A model generated the notes under the pieces. The model had not been told where the DNA came from. It saw nothing but the letters and a program-made list of their open reading frames with translations, and searched no databases. From a virus, in IMG/VR virus record IMGVR_UViG_3300030390_000715, positions 1 through 64,000 of that record: DNA of 64,000 nt. One strand, written 5' to 3'. This document shows, one piece after another, positions 39,358 to 48,141 of the stretch. The position numbers and the translations under genes were made by a program. Each line of letters starts with the position of its first letter. Position 1 is the first letter of the stretch.

Positions 39358-39694
39358 TGGCTGTAGTCTATGGGGTAAGAAAGATGCTCCTATCGTAGAG
39401 GTACGAACAATAGAAGTGAAAGTTCCTATTGTGCATCCGGTATTACCACGAGCCATTAATCTTAAAGAACCTTATTTTCACGTGGTGAGCAGGGTGAACC
39501 TCGATGAATTCATCGAAGACTTCGAGAAGCGAAATGACGTTCTAGTGTTCACCGCAATGTCAATTGGCGATTATGAGTTGATGGCATATAATATGCAAGA
39601 AATAAAAAGATATATTGACCAATTGAAAGAAGTTATAGTATACTATAGAAAAATAAATGATGATGAAGGAGTGAAGAGTGATGAAGCTAAGTAG
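39302..39694 (+). CDS. Outer-membrane spanin (Rz1-like lipoprotein)
   Basis: Lipobox LTISGC, Pro-rich segment, DYELMAYNMQEIKRYI. Confidence 0.72.
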   Translation: MYSIQLKRVVLLLTLLTISGCSLWGKKDAPIVEVRTIEVKVPIVHPVLPRAINLKEPYFHVVSRVNLDEFIEDFEKRNDVLVFTAMSIGDYELMAYNMQEIKRYIDQLKEVIVYYRKINDDEGVKSDEAK

Positions 39695-39920
39695 CGAAAC
39701 ACTGAACGCAATAGGTTATTTCTTTAGTTATAAAGGACTTGATAGGTGGAGTGGATGGGAAAGAGAGCAAAAGGTGATACTTCAAGAACTACCTACGCTA
39801 AAAATGTATCTGGATAAAGAGAAAGAGCTAGAGGATTTAAGGTTAGCTGTTAAGGACGAATTAAAAACTTATTACGAGAAACGTAGCCTGTCGCAATATA
39901 CGAGCGACCCCGAAGTCTAG
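39678..39920 (+). CDS. Hypothetical protein
   Basis: 80-aa coupled ORF. Confidence 0.55.
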   Translation: MMKLSSETLNAIGYFFSYKGLDRWSGWEREQKVILQELPTLKMYLDKEKELEDLRLAVKDELKTYYEKRSLSQYTSDPEV

Positions 39921-39930
39921 TAACCGGGAC

Positions 39931-40147
39931 AATTTAACTCGCATGACCCCTTGAGGTAGGATCTCACTGGTAAATGCTAAGGGTGGAGTAGAACGTGAAT
40001 AGTAGTCGTGCTTGGTCGCTTGACGAACTTGAAACAGAATCGCTCTAATAGTATGAAGCGTATTCCTAACCAGTTGATCGTTAGTACAAACTTAGTAAAC
40101 CTGTCCTACAAATCAAGGCGCCTGAGAACGGCGATGCGAGGCCAATT
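39931..40147 (+). ncRNA. Candidate ~215-nt structured non-coding RNA of unknown family
   Basis: Nested pairings CTCGCAT/ATGCGAG, CCTTGA/TCAAGG, GTAGGA/TCCTAC, ACTGG/CCAGT; hairpin CGCC..GGCG; no ORF in the track. Confidence 0.6.
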
Positions 40148-40182
40148 AAAATAGTAAAGCAACATTAAAAGGAAGCAAGCAA

Positions 40183-40317
40183 ATGAGTAGTTCAAGCATA
40201 CGACGAGGTGCAGTCAAAACGGTTGAATGGTGGAAACACTTGCGTAGTAGAAAACGAGCGCAAAATAAACTTGTGAGACAGGACGGTAAGGCGATAACAA
40301 AAGAGGAAAGCAAATGA
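40183..40317 (+). CDS. Basic 44-aa protein, short paralog (not in ORF track)
   Basis: MSSSSIRRGAVKTVEWWKHLRSRKRAQNKLVRQDGKAITKEESK. Confidence 0.6.
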   Translation: MSSSSIRRGAVKTVEWWKHLRSRKRAQNKLVRQDGKAITKEESK

Positions 40318-40499
40318 TAAAAATGAGTAGTTCAAGCATGCGACGAGGTGCAGTCAACCCGCCCGATCAACGTGGAGACTTACTAGAATGGTGGAAACAC
40401 TTGCGTAGTGACAAATATTTTAATCAATTGAATCAACGAGCGCAAAATAAACTTGTGAGACAGGACGGTAAGGCGATAACAAAGGAGGCAAGCAAATGA
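40314..40499 (+). CDS. Basic protein, long paralog with two in-frame inserts
   Basis: Near-identical to 40183..40317 outside two blocks. Confidence 0.6.
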   Translation: MIKMSSSSMRRGAVNPPDQRGDLLEWWKHLRSDKYFNQLNQRAQNKLVRQDGKAITKEASK

Positions 40500-40732
40500 G
40501 ATACATTGCCCGGTTTAGCGCGAGTAGAAGCGCATGGTGCGTTCATTGGCTTGAGGAGAGCAATGCCTCTAGTTATATTGTGGATTTGGATTCTGTTATA
40601 ATACAAAAGTATGGGACAAAAGAGTTGGCTGAAGCTAAGTGCTTGCAGTTGAACGAGGAGAAAGACAAATTCCTAGCAAGCCCATCTTTTGAACCCCAAC
40701 TTGAACTAGACCTAGAGGAAACAAGCGAATGA
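40496..40732 (+). CDS. Hypothetical protein
   Basis: Coupled ORF (ATGA overlap). Confidence 0.55.
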   Translation: MRYIARFSASRSAWCVHWLEESNASSYIVDLDSVIIQKYGTKELAEAKCLQLNEEKDKFLASPSFEPQLELDLEETSE

Positions 40733-40956
40733 ACGAATACATGAGAACAAGTGTGAAGTCAAAGTCATTTTGGGAAACAGTAATGCTGATAGTTCTACTC
40801 TGCCTCGTCATAAGCGTGGTTTATTCTGTTGCAAACAAAGAACCTCCGCAAAACAAGTGTATTGACGGAACTCTTTACCGACCAACCGATCAAGGTTACT
40901 GGCTGGCATACAATCAAAAGTGCAAGTCTTTACCGATAGAGGAGATAAGCGAATGA
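40729..40956 (+). CDS. Small membrane-anchored protein flanked by a 21-bp imperfect direct repeat
   Basis: TM helix plus Cys pair; TAGAGGA.A.AAGCGAATGAA at 40713 and 40937. Confidence 0.55.
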   Translation: MNEYMRTSVKSKSFWETVMLIVLLCLVISVVYSVANKEPPQNKCIDGTLYRPTDQGYWLAYNQKCKSLPIEEISE

Positions 40957-41129
40957 AAATGGCAGTGTTTTGTTTTTGGTGGCTTATGTTGATTTTTGTA
41001 GATCATATTCTGGCATTAAATGTTATTAATTACGAGTCTGTTAGTAAAGATGGATTGTTATTACGGGCATTTATTTTGACCTATTGCAGTGTCAGCTACA
41101 GCGGCTTCAAAGAGGGCATACGACTATGA
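40953..41129 (+). CDS. Small membrane protein
   Basis: Hydrophobic coupled ORF. Confidence 0.5.
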   Translation: MKMAVFCFWWLMLIFVDHILALNVINYESVSKDGLLLRAFILTYCSVSYSGFKEGIRL

Positions 41130-41305
41130 ATACAATGAATTTAAAAGGATTTACTATAGCATTTATGGTTTGCTATATCATGCTTAGTATCATGCTAAGA
41201 TATAGCGGTGTAGTTCTAGGCGCAGAGCAGGTAGTTTTGTCTACCGCGTTTACAATATATCTACTCTTTCAGATACCTCGAAAGAGAAAAAAGAGGAATA
41301 TGTAA
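41126..41305 (+). CDS. Small 2-TM membrane protein
   Basis: Two TM segments and a basic tail. Confidence 0.5.
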   Translation: MNTMNLKGFTIAFMVCYIMLSIMLRYSGVVLGAEQVVLSTAFTIYLLFQIPRKRKKRNM

Positions 41306-41383
41306 TTAAAACAAATAAAGTCTTGACAATAGTTGACTGACCCGTTATAATAACATCTTACTTAATTGAGAAGGTATTATATT

Positions 41384-42343
41384 ATGTCACATGAATTAGA
41401 AATTGTTAACGGTAAAGCTATGATGGCTTATGCAGGAGATACTCCATGGCATGGTCTAGGTACACGAGTAAACACTGATCTAGCACCTCGTGAAATGATG
41501 GTAGAAGCCGGACTAGATTGGGGAGTCGAGAAACACCCTTGCTTCATTGATGTCAATGGCGAATCAATCGCTACAGGTCAAGAAGCACTCATTCGAACAG
41601 ACACCAACGCAGTACTTACTAATGTAGGAAAGGGTTGGAATCCTGTTCAAAACCATGAAGCGTTTGATTTTTTTGCTGAGTATTGTGCCGCTGGTGATAT
41701 GGAAATGCACACGGCTGGCTCACTTAAAGATGGTCAGATTACTTGGGTTCTTGCTAAAGTGAACGAGTCGTTTGATGTACTTGGCGACGATAAGATCGAT
41801 TCTTACTTATTACTATCTAATCCACACCAATACGGTAAAGCGATCAATGTACGATTCACCCCTATTAGGGTTGTCTGTAACAACACCTTAAGCTTTTCGC
41901 TTAGTACTAGCTCTAAGAACACTGTTAATTTGAATCACCGCAACAAGTTTAACCCTGATATGGTTAAAGATCAGATGGGAATTGCGCACGAGAAGTTTTC
42001 GCTATACAAAGATATGGCTCAACACTTAGCCCATAAGACCGCAAGCTTTGATGATTTGATTACATATTTCAATGAAGTCTTTCCTGTCGCCAACTCGCAA
42101 AAACGTGATGCCAGAGCCTACGCTGATCTTTCAAGAACTGCTAAACTTGCGTTCGATCAACTAAACACACAGCCCGGAGCAGACTATGCACGTGGTTCTT
42201 GGTGGCAAGCACTTAACGCTGTTACTTACACCACTGATCACTTACTTGGTCGAACAGCGGATGCTCGAATGACTTCAGCATGGTTCGGAGCGAATCAGTC
42301 AAAGAAAACGAACGCTGTCAACCTAGCTGTAGAGATGGCATAA
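41384..42343 (+). CDS. DUF932 family protein
   Basis: TPWHGLG, PVQN.EAF.FF, TAGSL, TPIRVVCNNTL; promoter at ~41323. Confidence 0.85.
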   Translation: MSHELEIVNGKAMMAYAGDTPWHGLGTRVNTDLAPREMMVEAGLDWGVEKHPCFIDVNGESIATGQEALIRTDTNAVLTNVGKGWNPVQNHEAFDFFAEYCAAGDMEMHTAGSLKDGQITWVLAKVNESFDVLGDDKIDSYLLLSNPHQYGKAINVRFTPIRVVCNNTLSFSLSTSSKNTVNLNHRNKFNPDMVKDQMGIAHEKFSLYKDMAQHLAHKTASFDDLITYFNEVFPVANSQKRDARAYADLSRTAKLAFDQLNTQPGADYARGSWWQALNAVTYTTDHLLGRTADARMTSAWFGANQSKKTNAVNLAVEMA

Positions 42344-42421
42344 CCCACAAAGGTGCGATCAGTACTTGCTATTGGTCGCACCATGTTTTATAATGACACT
42401 TCATTGATAAAGGAACTATTT

Positions 42422-42967
42422 ATGTCTGTTTATGAAAGAGCGTCTTTGATTGCGGAAGCCTTGCATATCGATCACGTTAGAAAATATACTGGTGAAGCCT
42501 ATATCGCCCACCCGAGAAAGGTCGCTGAAAATGCTGAAGCTGTTATACGGCATATGTTCAAAGAATCTCGTTCTTGGTTATATAGTGATATGTCCGTGTA
42601 TTCTAAAATGCCGCTCGACGAATTTATCGATATCGTTAAAACTATTGCGGTGTTACATGATACGGTCGAAGATACTGCCGCGAACATCGAATACATTCAA
42701 GAAGAATTTGGTGATGAAGTCGCAAGAGGTGTTTGGTACTTATCAGACCCAGATAAGTTTGTGGGTAACAGAGTAACGAGAAAAGCCTTAACAAAAGATC
42801 GCTTGCGTAATGCTCCCGCTTATGTTAAACTAATCAAAATATGTGATATTAATCATAACAGAGGTTCGATAGCAGAGTATGATCCTAAGTTTCTTTTACA
42901 GTTTGACCTAGAAACGAACGCGCTGATCGAAGCTATGAATTTACGTACACTTAATGAAACAGTGTAA
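42422..42967 (+). CDS. HD-domain hydrolase, Mesh1/SpoT-HD-like
   Basis: H..HVRKYTGEAYIAHP, AVLHDTVEDT, IKICD..HN. Confidence 0.8.
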   Translation: MSVYERASLIAEALHIDHVRKYTGEAYIAHPRKVAENAEAVIRHMFKESRSWLYSDMSVYSKMPLDEFIDIVKTIAVLHDTVEDTAANIEYIQEEFGDEVARGVWYLSDPDKFVGNRVTRKALTKDRLRNAPAYVKLIKICDINHNRGSIAEYDPKFLLQFDLETNALIEAMNLRTLNETV

Positions 42968-42996
42968 ACTTAATGAAACAAAATAAAGGTAACAGC

Positions 42997-43236
42997 ATGG
43001 AAAATTTAGACGCCGCAATAGATACTATACAGTCCATAGCTTCGGCGATTATAGACACCCAAGAAGCTATAGCCACTCTGCAAGAAGAAACCCTAATAAC
43101 GCTTCAATGTGCAGGCAGAGAGTGCTTAAGGCTTGAGACAGCTTTAAAGGAATTACAGCTAGAGTCCCAAGCTGATATTGATGATAGAAGATATTCACGT
43201 ATGGCGAACGTACCGTACTCCGAGGTAACAGCATGA
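42997..43236 (+). CDS. Hypothetical coiled-coil protein
   Basis: AGGTAACAGCATG junction; ends EVTA. Confidence 0.55.
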   Translation: MENLDAAIDTIQSIASAIIDTQEAIATLQEETLITLQCAGRECLRLETALKELQLESQADIDDRRYSRMANVPYSEVTA

Positions 43237-43433
43237 GCTATATTATAATTCAAGATAATTCTTATGATGGTAAAGACGTTAGATACTGTGATGATCGAAA
43301 GGAACTTATACGCGTACTTAAAGCTAAAGGCTATCATGGTTATGAGTGGCCTGTCGCTGATTTAGAAGTATATGCTGTGGGTAATGCCTTAACTATAAAT
43401 GAACTAACAACACTAAGAGAGGTGACAGCATGA
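43233..43433 (+). CDS. Hypothetical protein flanked by a 16-bp direct repeat
   Basis: GAGGTRACAGCATGAG at 43222 and 43419; ends EVTA. Confidence 0.55.
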   Translation: MSYIIIQDNSYDGKDVRYCDDRKELIRVLKAKGYHGYEWPVADLEVYAVGNALTINELTTLREVTA

Positions 43434-44578
43434 GAGATGATACGGCTCGAGGAGAAGCGACAGGAGAAGCGACTCCTATACTCTATAAAAAAGACTCGAA
43501 AGGCAAGACGCGAACTTGGCAAGCAGAATTTCAGTCGACCAATGGTCGCTATTTATGGCGAACCGTTAGCGGCATCGAAGGTGGCAAATTAGTGCGCTCT
43601 GGATGGAAGTCTGTAGAATGTAAGAACGTCGGTAAAATTAACGAGACTGATCAGAAAGGTCAAGCTATTAGCGAAATGTTCGCCAGCTATGAGTTGAAGG
43701 CTGAAGGGGAATATTTTAAAGATCGCAACGACATTGATAAGTACGACAAGATCAAGCCGATGTTAGCGTCAAAACACGAAGATCGCGAGTACGATTGGGC
43801 AACTGGTCAATACTTCTCTCAGCCTAAACTAGACGGTATTCGTTGTATCGCTCGTAAAGATGGATTGTGGTCACGCTCGGGTAAATTGATAGTTAGTATT
43901 CCACATATTAGCGAAGAGTTGAAACCTCTATTCGAGAAGTATCCTGATGCAATTCTTGACGGTGAACTTTACAACCATTGCCTGCGAGATAACTTTAACA
44001 AGATCACATCGCTTGTTCGTAAGACAAAGCCCACCTCCAATGATCTTGAAGAGACTGTGGAGTTAGTTCAATACCACGTTTACGATAAGGTCGATGCTGA
44101 CTTAACTTTTGTAGATAGAAACCTTTGGCTCAATAGTGAAGTACCGCAGTCAAAGGCAGTGAGATTAGTCACTACGGTTGAAGTCTCTGATAAAGATACG
44201 CTCGATATAATATACAGTGGATATCTTGAGGATGGCTATGAAGGTCAAATGATTAGAACTAATCTCGGTTACGAGAAGAGCAAGCGTTCGAAATCCCTTA
44301 TCAAGCGTAAAGAATTTTTCACTGATGAATACCCGGTGTGTCGAGTAGAAGAGGGCAACGGAAACTGGTCAGGTCACATCAAACGATTTGTACTGGTAAC
44401 AGAAAGTGGTGTAGAGTTCGGTGCTGGTGTAAGAGGCAATCAAGCCACGCTAAGTAGCATGTATCAGAACAAAGAAACGCCTGATTGGTGTACGTTACGA
44501 TACTTCACGCCAACGCCAGACGGCATACCGAGATTCCCAGTAGTTATTGATTGGGGTTATGGAAAAAGGGAAGACTAG
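43430..44578 (+). CDS. ATP-dependent DNA ligase
   Basis: KPMLA, QPKLDGIRC, LDGELY, YEGQMIR, KRK, GIPRFP. Confidence 0.92.
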   Translation: MRDDTARGEATGEATPILYKKDSKGKTRTWQAEFQSTNGRYLWRTVSGIEGGKLVRSGWKSVECKNVGKINETDQKGQAISEMFASYELKAEGEYFKDRNDIDKYDKIKPMLASKHEDREYDWATGQYFSQPKLDGIRCIARKDGLWSRSGKLIVSIPHISEELKPLFEKYPDAILDGELYNHCLRDNFNKITSLVRKTKPTSNDLEETVELVQYHVYDKVDADLTFVDRNLWLNSEVPQSKAVRLVTTVEVSDKDTLDIIYSGYLEDGYEGQMIRTNLGYEKSKRSKSLIKRKEFFTDEYPVCRVEEGNGNWSGHIKRFVLVTESGVEFGAGVRGNQATLSSMYQNKETPDWCTLRYFTPTPDGIPRFPVVIDWGYGKRED

Positions 44579-44587
44579 GAGAATAAA

Positions 44588-44767
44588 ATGGAACAAACAT
44601 TACTTGATAGACTACGTGGAATAAAGCGGGTCGATGAAAGCCTCTATTATCAAAATAAAGATTGCATACCGATGATTTGCTTTGAAGCGGCTCTAAGGAT
44701 CGAGTTTCTAGAGAATGCGCTAGTAGAACAAGGCAATGAATTAAGGGGTTTGAGCCTAAAACCATGA
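44588..44767 (+). CDS. Hypothetical 59-aa protein (not in ORF track)
   Basis: AGGAG RBS; MEQTLLDRLRG...EAALRIEFLE. Confidence 0.5.
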   Translation: MEQTLLDRLRGIKRVDESLYYQNKDCIPMICFEAALRIEFLENALVEQGNELRGLSLKP

Positions 44768-45771
44768 TAGAGTTTGATCATTTAAAAACTATAGCCAAAG
44801 AAATTGGCAATGCAATTAAAAGTAGGAAGAAGCTTGGTCCTCAGAGAATCCTTGTTACCGGTGGTGCGGGATTCATTGGATCACAATTGCTGAGGCGTTT
44901 GACCGAACAAGGACATAACGCTGTTGGAATTGACAACTTTAATAGTCACTTATATGATGCTAGTGTAAAGCGTGAAAGAGTCCGAGTTATGAAGCTGAAC
45001 GTATTGGATTGTGATCTTCGCGACGAATACGCAATGAAAGTCATGATCACGACTATGCAACCCACGTTTATATTTCATCTGGGAGCTTTGGCGGGGGTGA
45101 GAGATTCGTACGGAAAGGAAAGAGATTATCATAGTAGTAATATCGATGGTACTCAAACTCTTATCGAGCAGACTAAGGCGATTGTTCCTGATTGTCGAGT
45201 GATCTATGCTTCTACGTCTAGCGTTTATAGTAGCACCAAAGAACTGCCGTGGAAAGAAGACAATGTTCAGGCTCACCAATTGAACCCGTACTCGTATACA
45301 AAGTACGCAAACGAATGTATGTTCAAGATGTCAGGGTTGAATAATACCGGTCTAAGATTCTTCACAGTCTACGGACCATGGGGTAGACCCGACATGGCTC
45401 TATTCGATTTTACTAAAAAGATACTTGCGGGTGAAGAGATTGAGGTGTATAATTACGGAGACATGAAACGAGATTTCACTTTTGTCGATGATATAATAGA
45501 CGGCATACTCTGCGTGATGGTTAATCCTACAGAGAGTGGTGAGATTTATAATATAGGAAGAGGTCGACAAGTTCCTATAATGGACTTCATTGAAGAGATC
45601 GAAAAGAATTGTCGTGTAAAGGCTATTGTCAAGTTGTCGCCACCTCATCCAGCTGATGCTCTTGAAACATGGTCCGATACATCAAAGCTCGAAGCATTAG
45701 GTTATTCTCCATCCACAGATATAGCCACAGGCATCAAAAGATTTTACGAGTGGTATGTCAAATATCATTAA
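44764..45771 (+). CDS. NAD-dependent epimerase (UDP-glucuronate 4-epimerase-like)
   Basis: TGGAGFIG, ASTSSVY, YSYTK, RFFTVYGPWGRPDMA. Confidence 0.9.
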   Translation: MIEFDHLKTIAKEIGNAIKSRKKLGPQRILVTGGAGFIGSQLLRRLTEQGHNAVGIDNFNSHLYDASVKRERVRVMKLNVLDCDLRDEYAMKVMITTMQPTFIFHLGALAGVRDSYGKERDYHSSNIDGTQTLIEQTKAIVPDCRVIYASTSSVYSSTKELPWKEDNVQAHQLNPYSYTKYANECMFKMSGLNNTGLRFFTVYGPWGRPDMALFDFTKKILAGEEIEVYNYGDMKRDFTFVDDIIDGILCVMVNPTESGEIYNIGRGRQVPIMDFIEEIEKNCRVKAIVKLSPPHPADALETWSDTSKLEALGYSPSTDIATGIKRFYEWYVKYH

Positions 45772-45908
45772 GGATAAGAAAGTTGCTTTGTTTCTTGAAA
45801 CGGTCGAAACTAAGATACAGCAGGAAATAGACATTCTATTGCCCGAAGCAATTGGGGAAGTCTACAGAAAAGTGTTCGAAATTACTTATAACGAGGAGAT
45901 CATAAAAC

Positions 45909-46505
45909 ATGATAGTAGTGGCTCAGCCTAGATCAGGCGCAACTAGAATATGCATGGACATGGCGAAGAGAATAGGCATAGAGTTTATCGGTGAATTAAA
46001 TTCTCGAAATACTCAGGTGACTACTCGCATGAACAAAGGCATTATTCACGAGACTAATTTCAATCCACCATTGTCTAGTTATACCTATTGTAAAGCGTTA
46101 AAGGGTGATGTCCAATCAATTTGTCTAGTCAATGGTCCCGGCTTTGAGTATATGGCGCCAAGAGCAGACTTAATTATTCTTAGAAAGGACTTGCGAAAAG
46201 CCGTACTTAGTTTCGCGTCTTATGTTCCTAAACTAAAATGTCAAGACGGTCTCAAGGTGCCAGAAGAGGCTAAGGCTAATTGGCTACACTATAATATCAT
46301 GACACTTCTTGATGGTGTATTGGGATTAACTAACTATCTCGTTCAAACCCCTGATGCGCCTATTTTATGGTATGAAGATCATTTTCCGCACGTAAACACG
46401 AGGTATGATGTCAGTCGTGAAATGTGTGTGGACATAGATAACTGCATCCGCTTTATATATCCCACAATTACGGATAACATGAAGGTATTATTAAGTAGAT
46501 ATTAA
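45909..46505 (+). CDS. Sulfotransferase-like protein
   Basis: AQPRSGAT (5'-PSB-like), LRKD...LS, WYED. Confidence 0.5.
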   Translation: MIVVAQPRSGATRICMDMAKRIGIEFIGELNSRNTQVTTRMNKGIIHETNFNPPLSSYTYCKALKGDVQSICLVNGPGFEYMAPRADLIILRKDLRKAVLSFASYVPKLKCQDGLKVPEEAKANWLHYNIMTLLDGVLGLTNYLVQTPDAPILWYEDHFPHVNTRYDVSREMCVDIDNCIRFIYPTITDNMKVLLSRY

Positions 46506-46532
46506 CTCTACTCTCAAACACCCTCCTCTACA

Positions 46533-46595
46533 GTGACCCAGTCTTTTGATTGGGTCACTCGTTTCTGTTGACAATAACTTCCAATACGATATAAT
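46533..46595 (+). promoter_or_regulatory. Palindrome/hairpin GTGACC-N14-GGTCAC plus sigma70 promoter
   Basis: AGTGACCCAGTC-TTTT-GATTGGGTCACT then TTGACA-N16-TATAAT. Confidence 0.7.
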
Positions 46596-46648
46596 AGTAG
46601 TCTAGTTGAGCAAAGATGCTCGTGTTATTTACCAGGGAGGGTTAAATT

Positions 46649-46966
46649 GTGTCAGAATTATTCGCTATGTTTATGTCAATTTGCATACATGCAGACGTTA
46701 TGAATTGTGAGCAAGTCGAAGTAGAGTACGATAAAGTTAAGCCTGCATTCGCTGAAGCCTACTTATACAATACAGGACGGAGAAAGATTGTACTTGACAA
46801 TCGTTTGTCTAAGCGTGATTACGATGTTAAGCTAGGCTATCTAGTGCATGAAGTTGCTCATGTAGCTAACTTTCCTGACGGTGGTCACGGTAAAGCTTTT
46901 CAGAAAGAATGCCGTCGTTTGAGCGAAGTGATGGGAACTTATGTTGGACATTGTAAGTCCCACTAA
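46649..46966 (+). CDS. SprT-like metalloprotease domain protein
   Basis: LVHEVAH...GHGKAFQ. Confidence 0.65.
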   Translation: MSELFAMFMSICIHADVMNCEQVEVEYDKVKPAFAEAYLYNTGRRKIVLDNRLSKRDYDVKLGYLVHEVAHVANFPDGGHGKAFQKECRRLSEVMGTYVGHCKSH

Positions 46967-46983
46967 ATGATTTTAAAAAAGTG

Positions 46984-47030
46984 TTGACAACCACCGTCGA
47001 TATGATATAATAGCACTTCATTAACCAGAG
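46984..47030 (+). promoter_or_regulatory. Early promoter cassette (CACTTCATTAAC variant)
   Basis: TTGACA-N16-TATAAT-AGCACTTCATTAACC. Confidence 0.75.
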
Positions 47031-47040
47031 CGAGATTGAC

Positions 47041-47181
47041 ATGCCCGAATTAGATACTGCTACATTCATCGAAGTTACCGCAGAGTGGATGGACGAGGTA
47101 AACTTTGTTGAATGTTTTCTTCACTACTTTGAGTCCGTAGCCGACGCTAGAGAGTATTGGAAATTACTCAACCCGAGCTAA
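47041..47181 (+). CDS. Hypothetical acidic 46-aa protein
   Basis: MPELDTATFIEV... directly after the promoter. Confidence 0.45.
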   Translation: MPELDTATFIEVTAEWMDEVNFVECFLHYFESVADAREYWKLLNPS

Positions 47182-47246
47182 AAAAAAGCTTGACAATTCC
47201 TATATGATAGAATGTTACTTCAATTAGCCAATTTGAGAAAATTATT

Positions 47247-47438
47247 ATGAAAAAATTATCAATTGAACATATCGAAGCTGTAATCACTTCGCAAATGAGC
47301 AACCTAGCAGATGCTTGGGACAGCGCCGCAAAGCGTAAAGATACGCAAAGGCAGATGTCTTTAACTGATTCTGGCATGGAGTTGAGCATGTTATTAGATA
47401 CTTTAAAGCAAAAAGCTAGGAACTCGGGAGAGTCATGA
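47247..47438 (+). CDS. Hypothetical early protein
   Basis: Promoter TTGACA at ~47190. Confidence 0.55.
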   Translation: MKKLSIEHIEAVITSQMSNLADAWDSAAKRKDTQRQMSLTDSGMELSMLLDTLKQKARNSGES

Positions 47439-47725
47439 TGATAAAAGATGATGTAGAACTTTGCAAATGGTTACGCGATAATTCTAGCGGTATTTATCGC
47501 CCAAGCGCACTAGCGGCTAACAGGATAGAAGAGTTGTTAGTCCTAGTGTCAAAACTAGACGATATTTTCATAGCTCTAGAGAAGCTAAAAAACGATGACG
47601 AAGAAGGTGTATATTGGGGTCGTGATCAGGATATCTATAACATTGCTATTGACGATGTTATTCATTTTATAAGGGGAGAGTACAGTAGAGGGTTTTTTAA
47701 CAACTCGGAGAAAAATGATGACTAG
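47435..47725 (+). CDS. Hypothetical protein
   Basis: GGAG RBS, coupled. Confidence 0.55.
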   Translation: MMIKDDVELCKWLRDNSSGIYRPSALAANRIEELLVLVSKLDDIFIALEKLKNDDEEGVYWGRDQDIYNIAIDDVIHFIRGEYSRGFFNNSEKNDD

Positions 47726-47903
47726 AACTACCAAAAAAAATCCAAAGGACTTTAATGGCGGTGGTTGTCGAGAGTATTGGTCAAATAGACCACACAACAA
47801 AGGTGGAAGTGCCAGCATAGGTAAATACCAAAAGAGCAGAACCGCAAGAACGGAAAGGCGATTAGCCAAAGCAAAAACAGGAGAAAGTGATGGAACTAAT
47901 TAG
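47715..47903 (+). CDS. Basic hypothetical protein
   Basis: EYWSNRP...RTERR. Confidence 0.55.
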   Translation: MMTRTTKKNPKDFNGGGCREYWSNRPHNKGGSASIGKYQKSRTARTERRLAKAKTGESDGTN

Positions 47904-48141
47904 AGACGAAGAGATACTAAAGTTTTCGAAACAGAATTTAATCTTTACAAGGGATAATTCTGGGGAACTTGAGCTGTCAAGAGTGCTATGTGATGTTGAT
48001 AATGTTGCCCTTAGTGTTGGTTATGTTGGCGGTAATGTTGGTTATGTTGGCGGTAATGTTGATAATGTTCACGGTGGTGTTCGTTATGTTGAAGGTAATG
48101 TTGGCGGAAAGACAAACAGGGAGAATTTGAAGCCAGAGTAA
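47887..48141 (+). CDS. Hypothetical protein with VGGNV repeats
   Basis: 21-bp repeats GTTGGTTATGTTGGCGGTAAT. Confidence 0.5.
   Translation: MMELIRDEEILKFSKQNLIFTRDNSGELELSRVLCDVDNVALSVGYVGGNVGYVGGNVDNVHGGVRYVEGNVGGKTNRENLKPE

Noticed and set aside
39931..40147. RNase P RNA, tmRNA or tRNA assignment (GAGG..., AACAGAA)
   Set aside because: It lacks GGAAAGUC and a 3'-terminal ACAGAA-N-GCUUA in the right position, and has no T-loop/CCA tRNA-like domain or tag ORF.
40183..40499. Diversity-generating retroelement TR/VR pair
   Set aside because: The differences are block insertions rather than A-specific substitutions, and no reverse transcriptase is present in the window.
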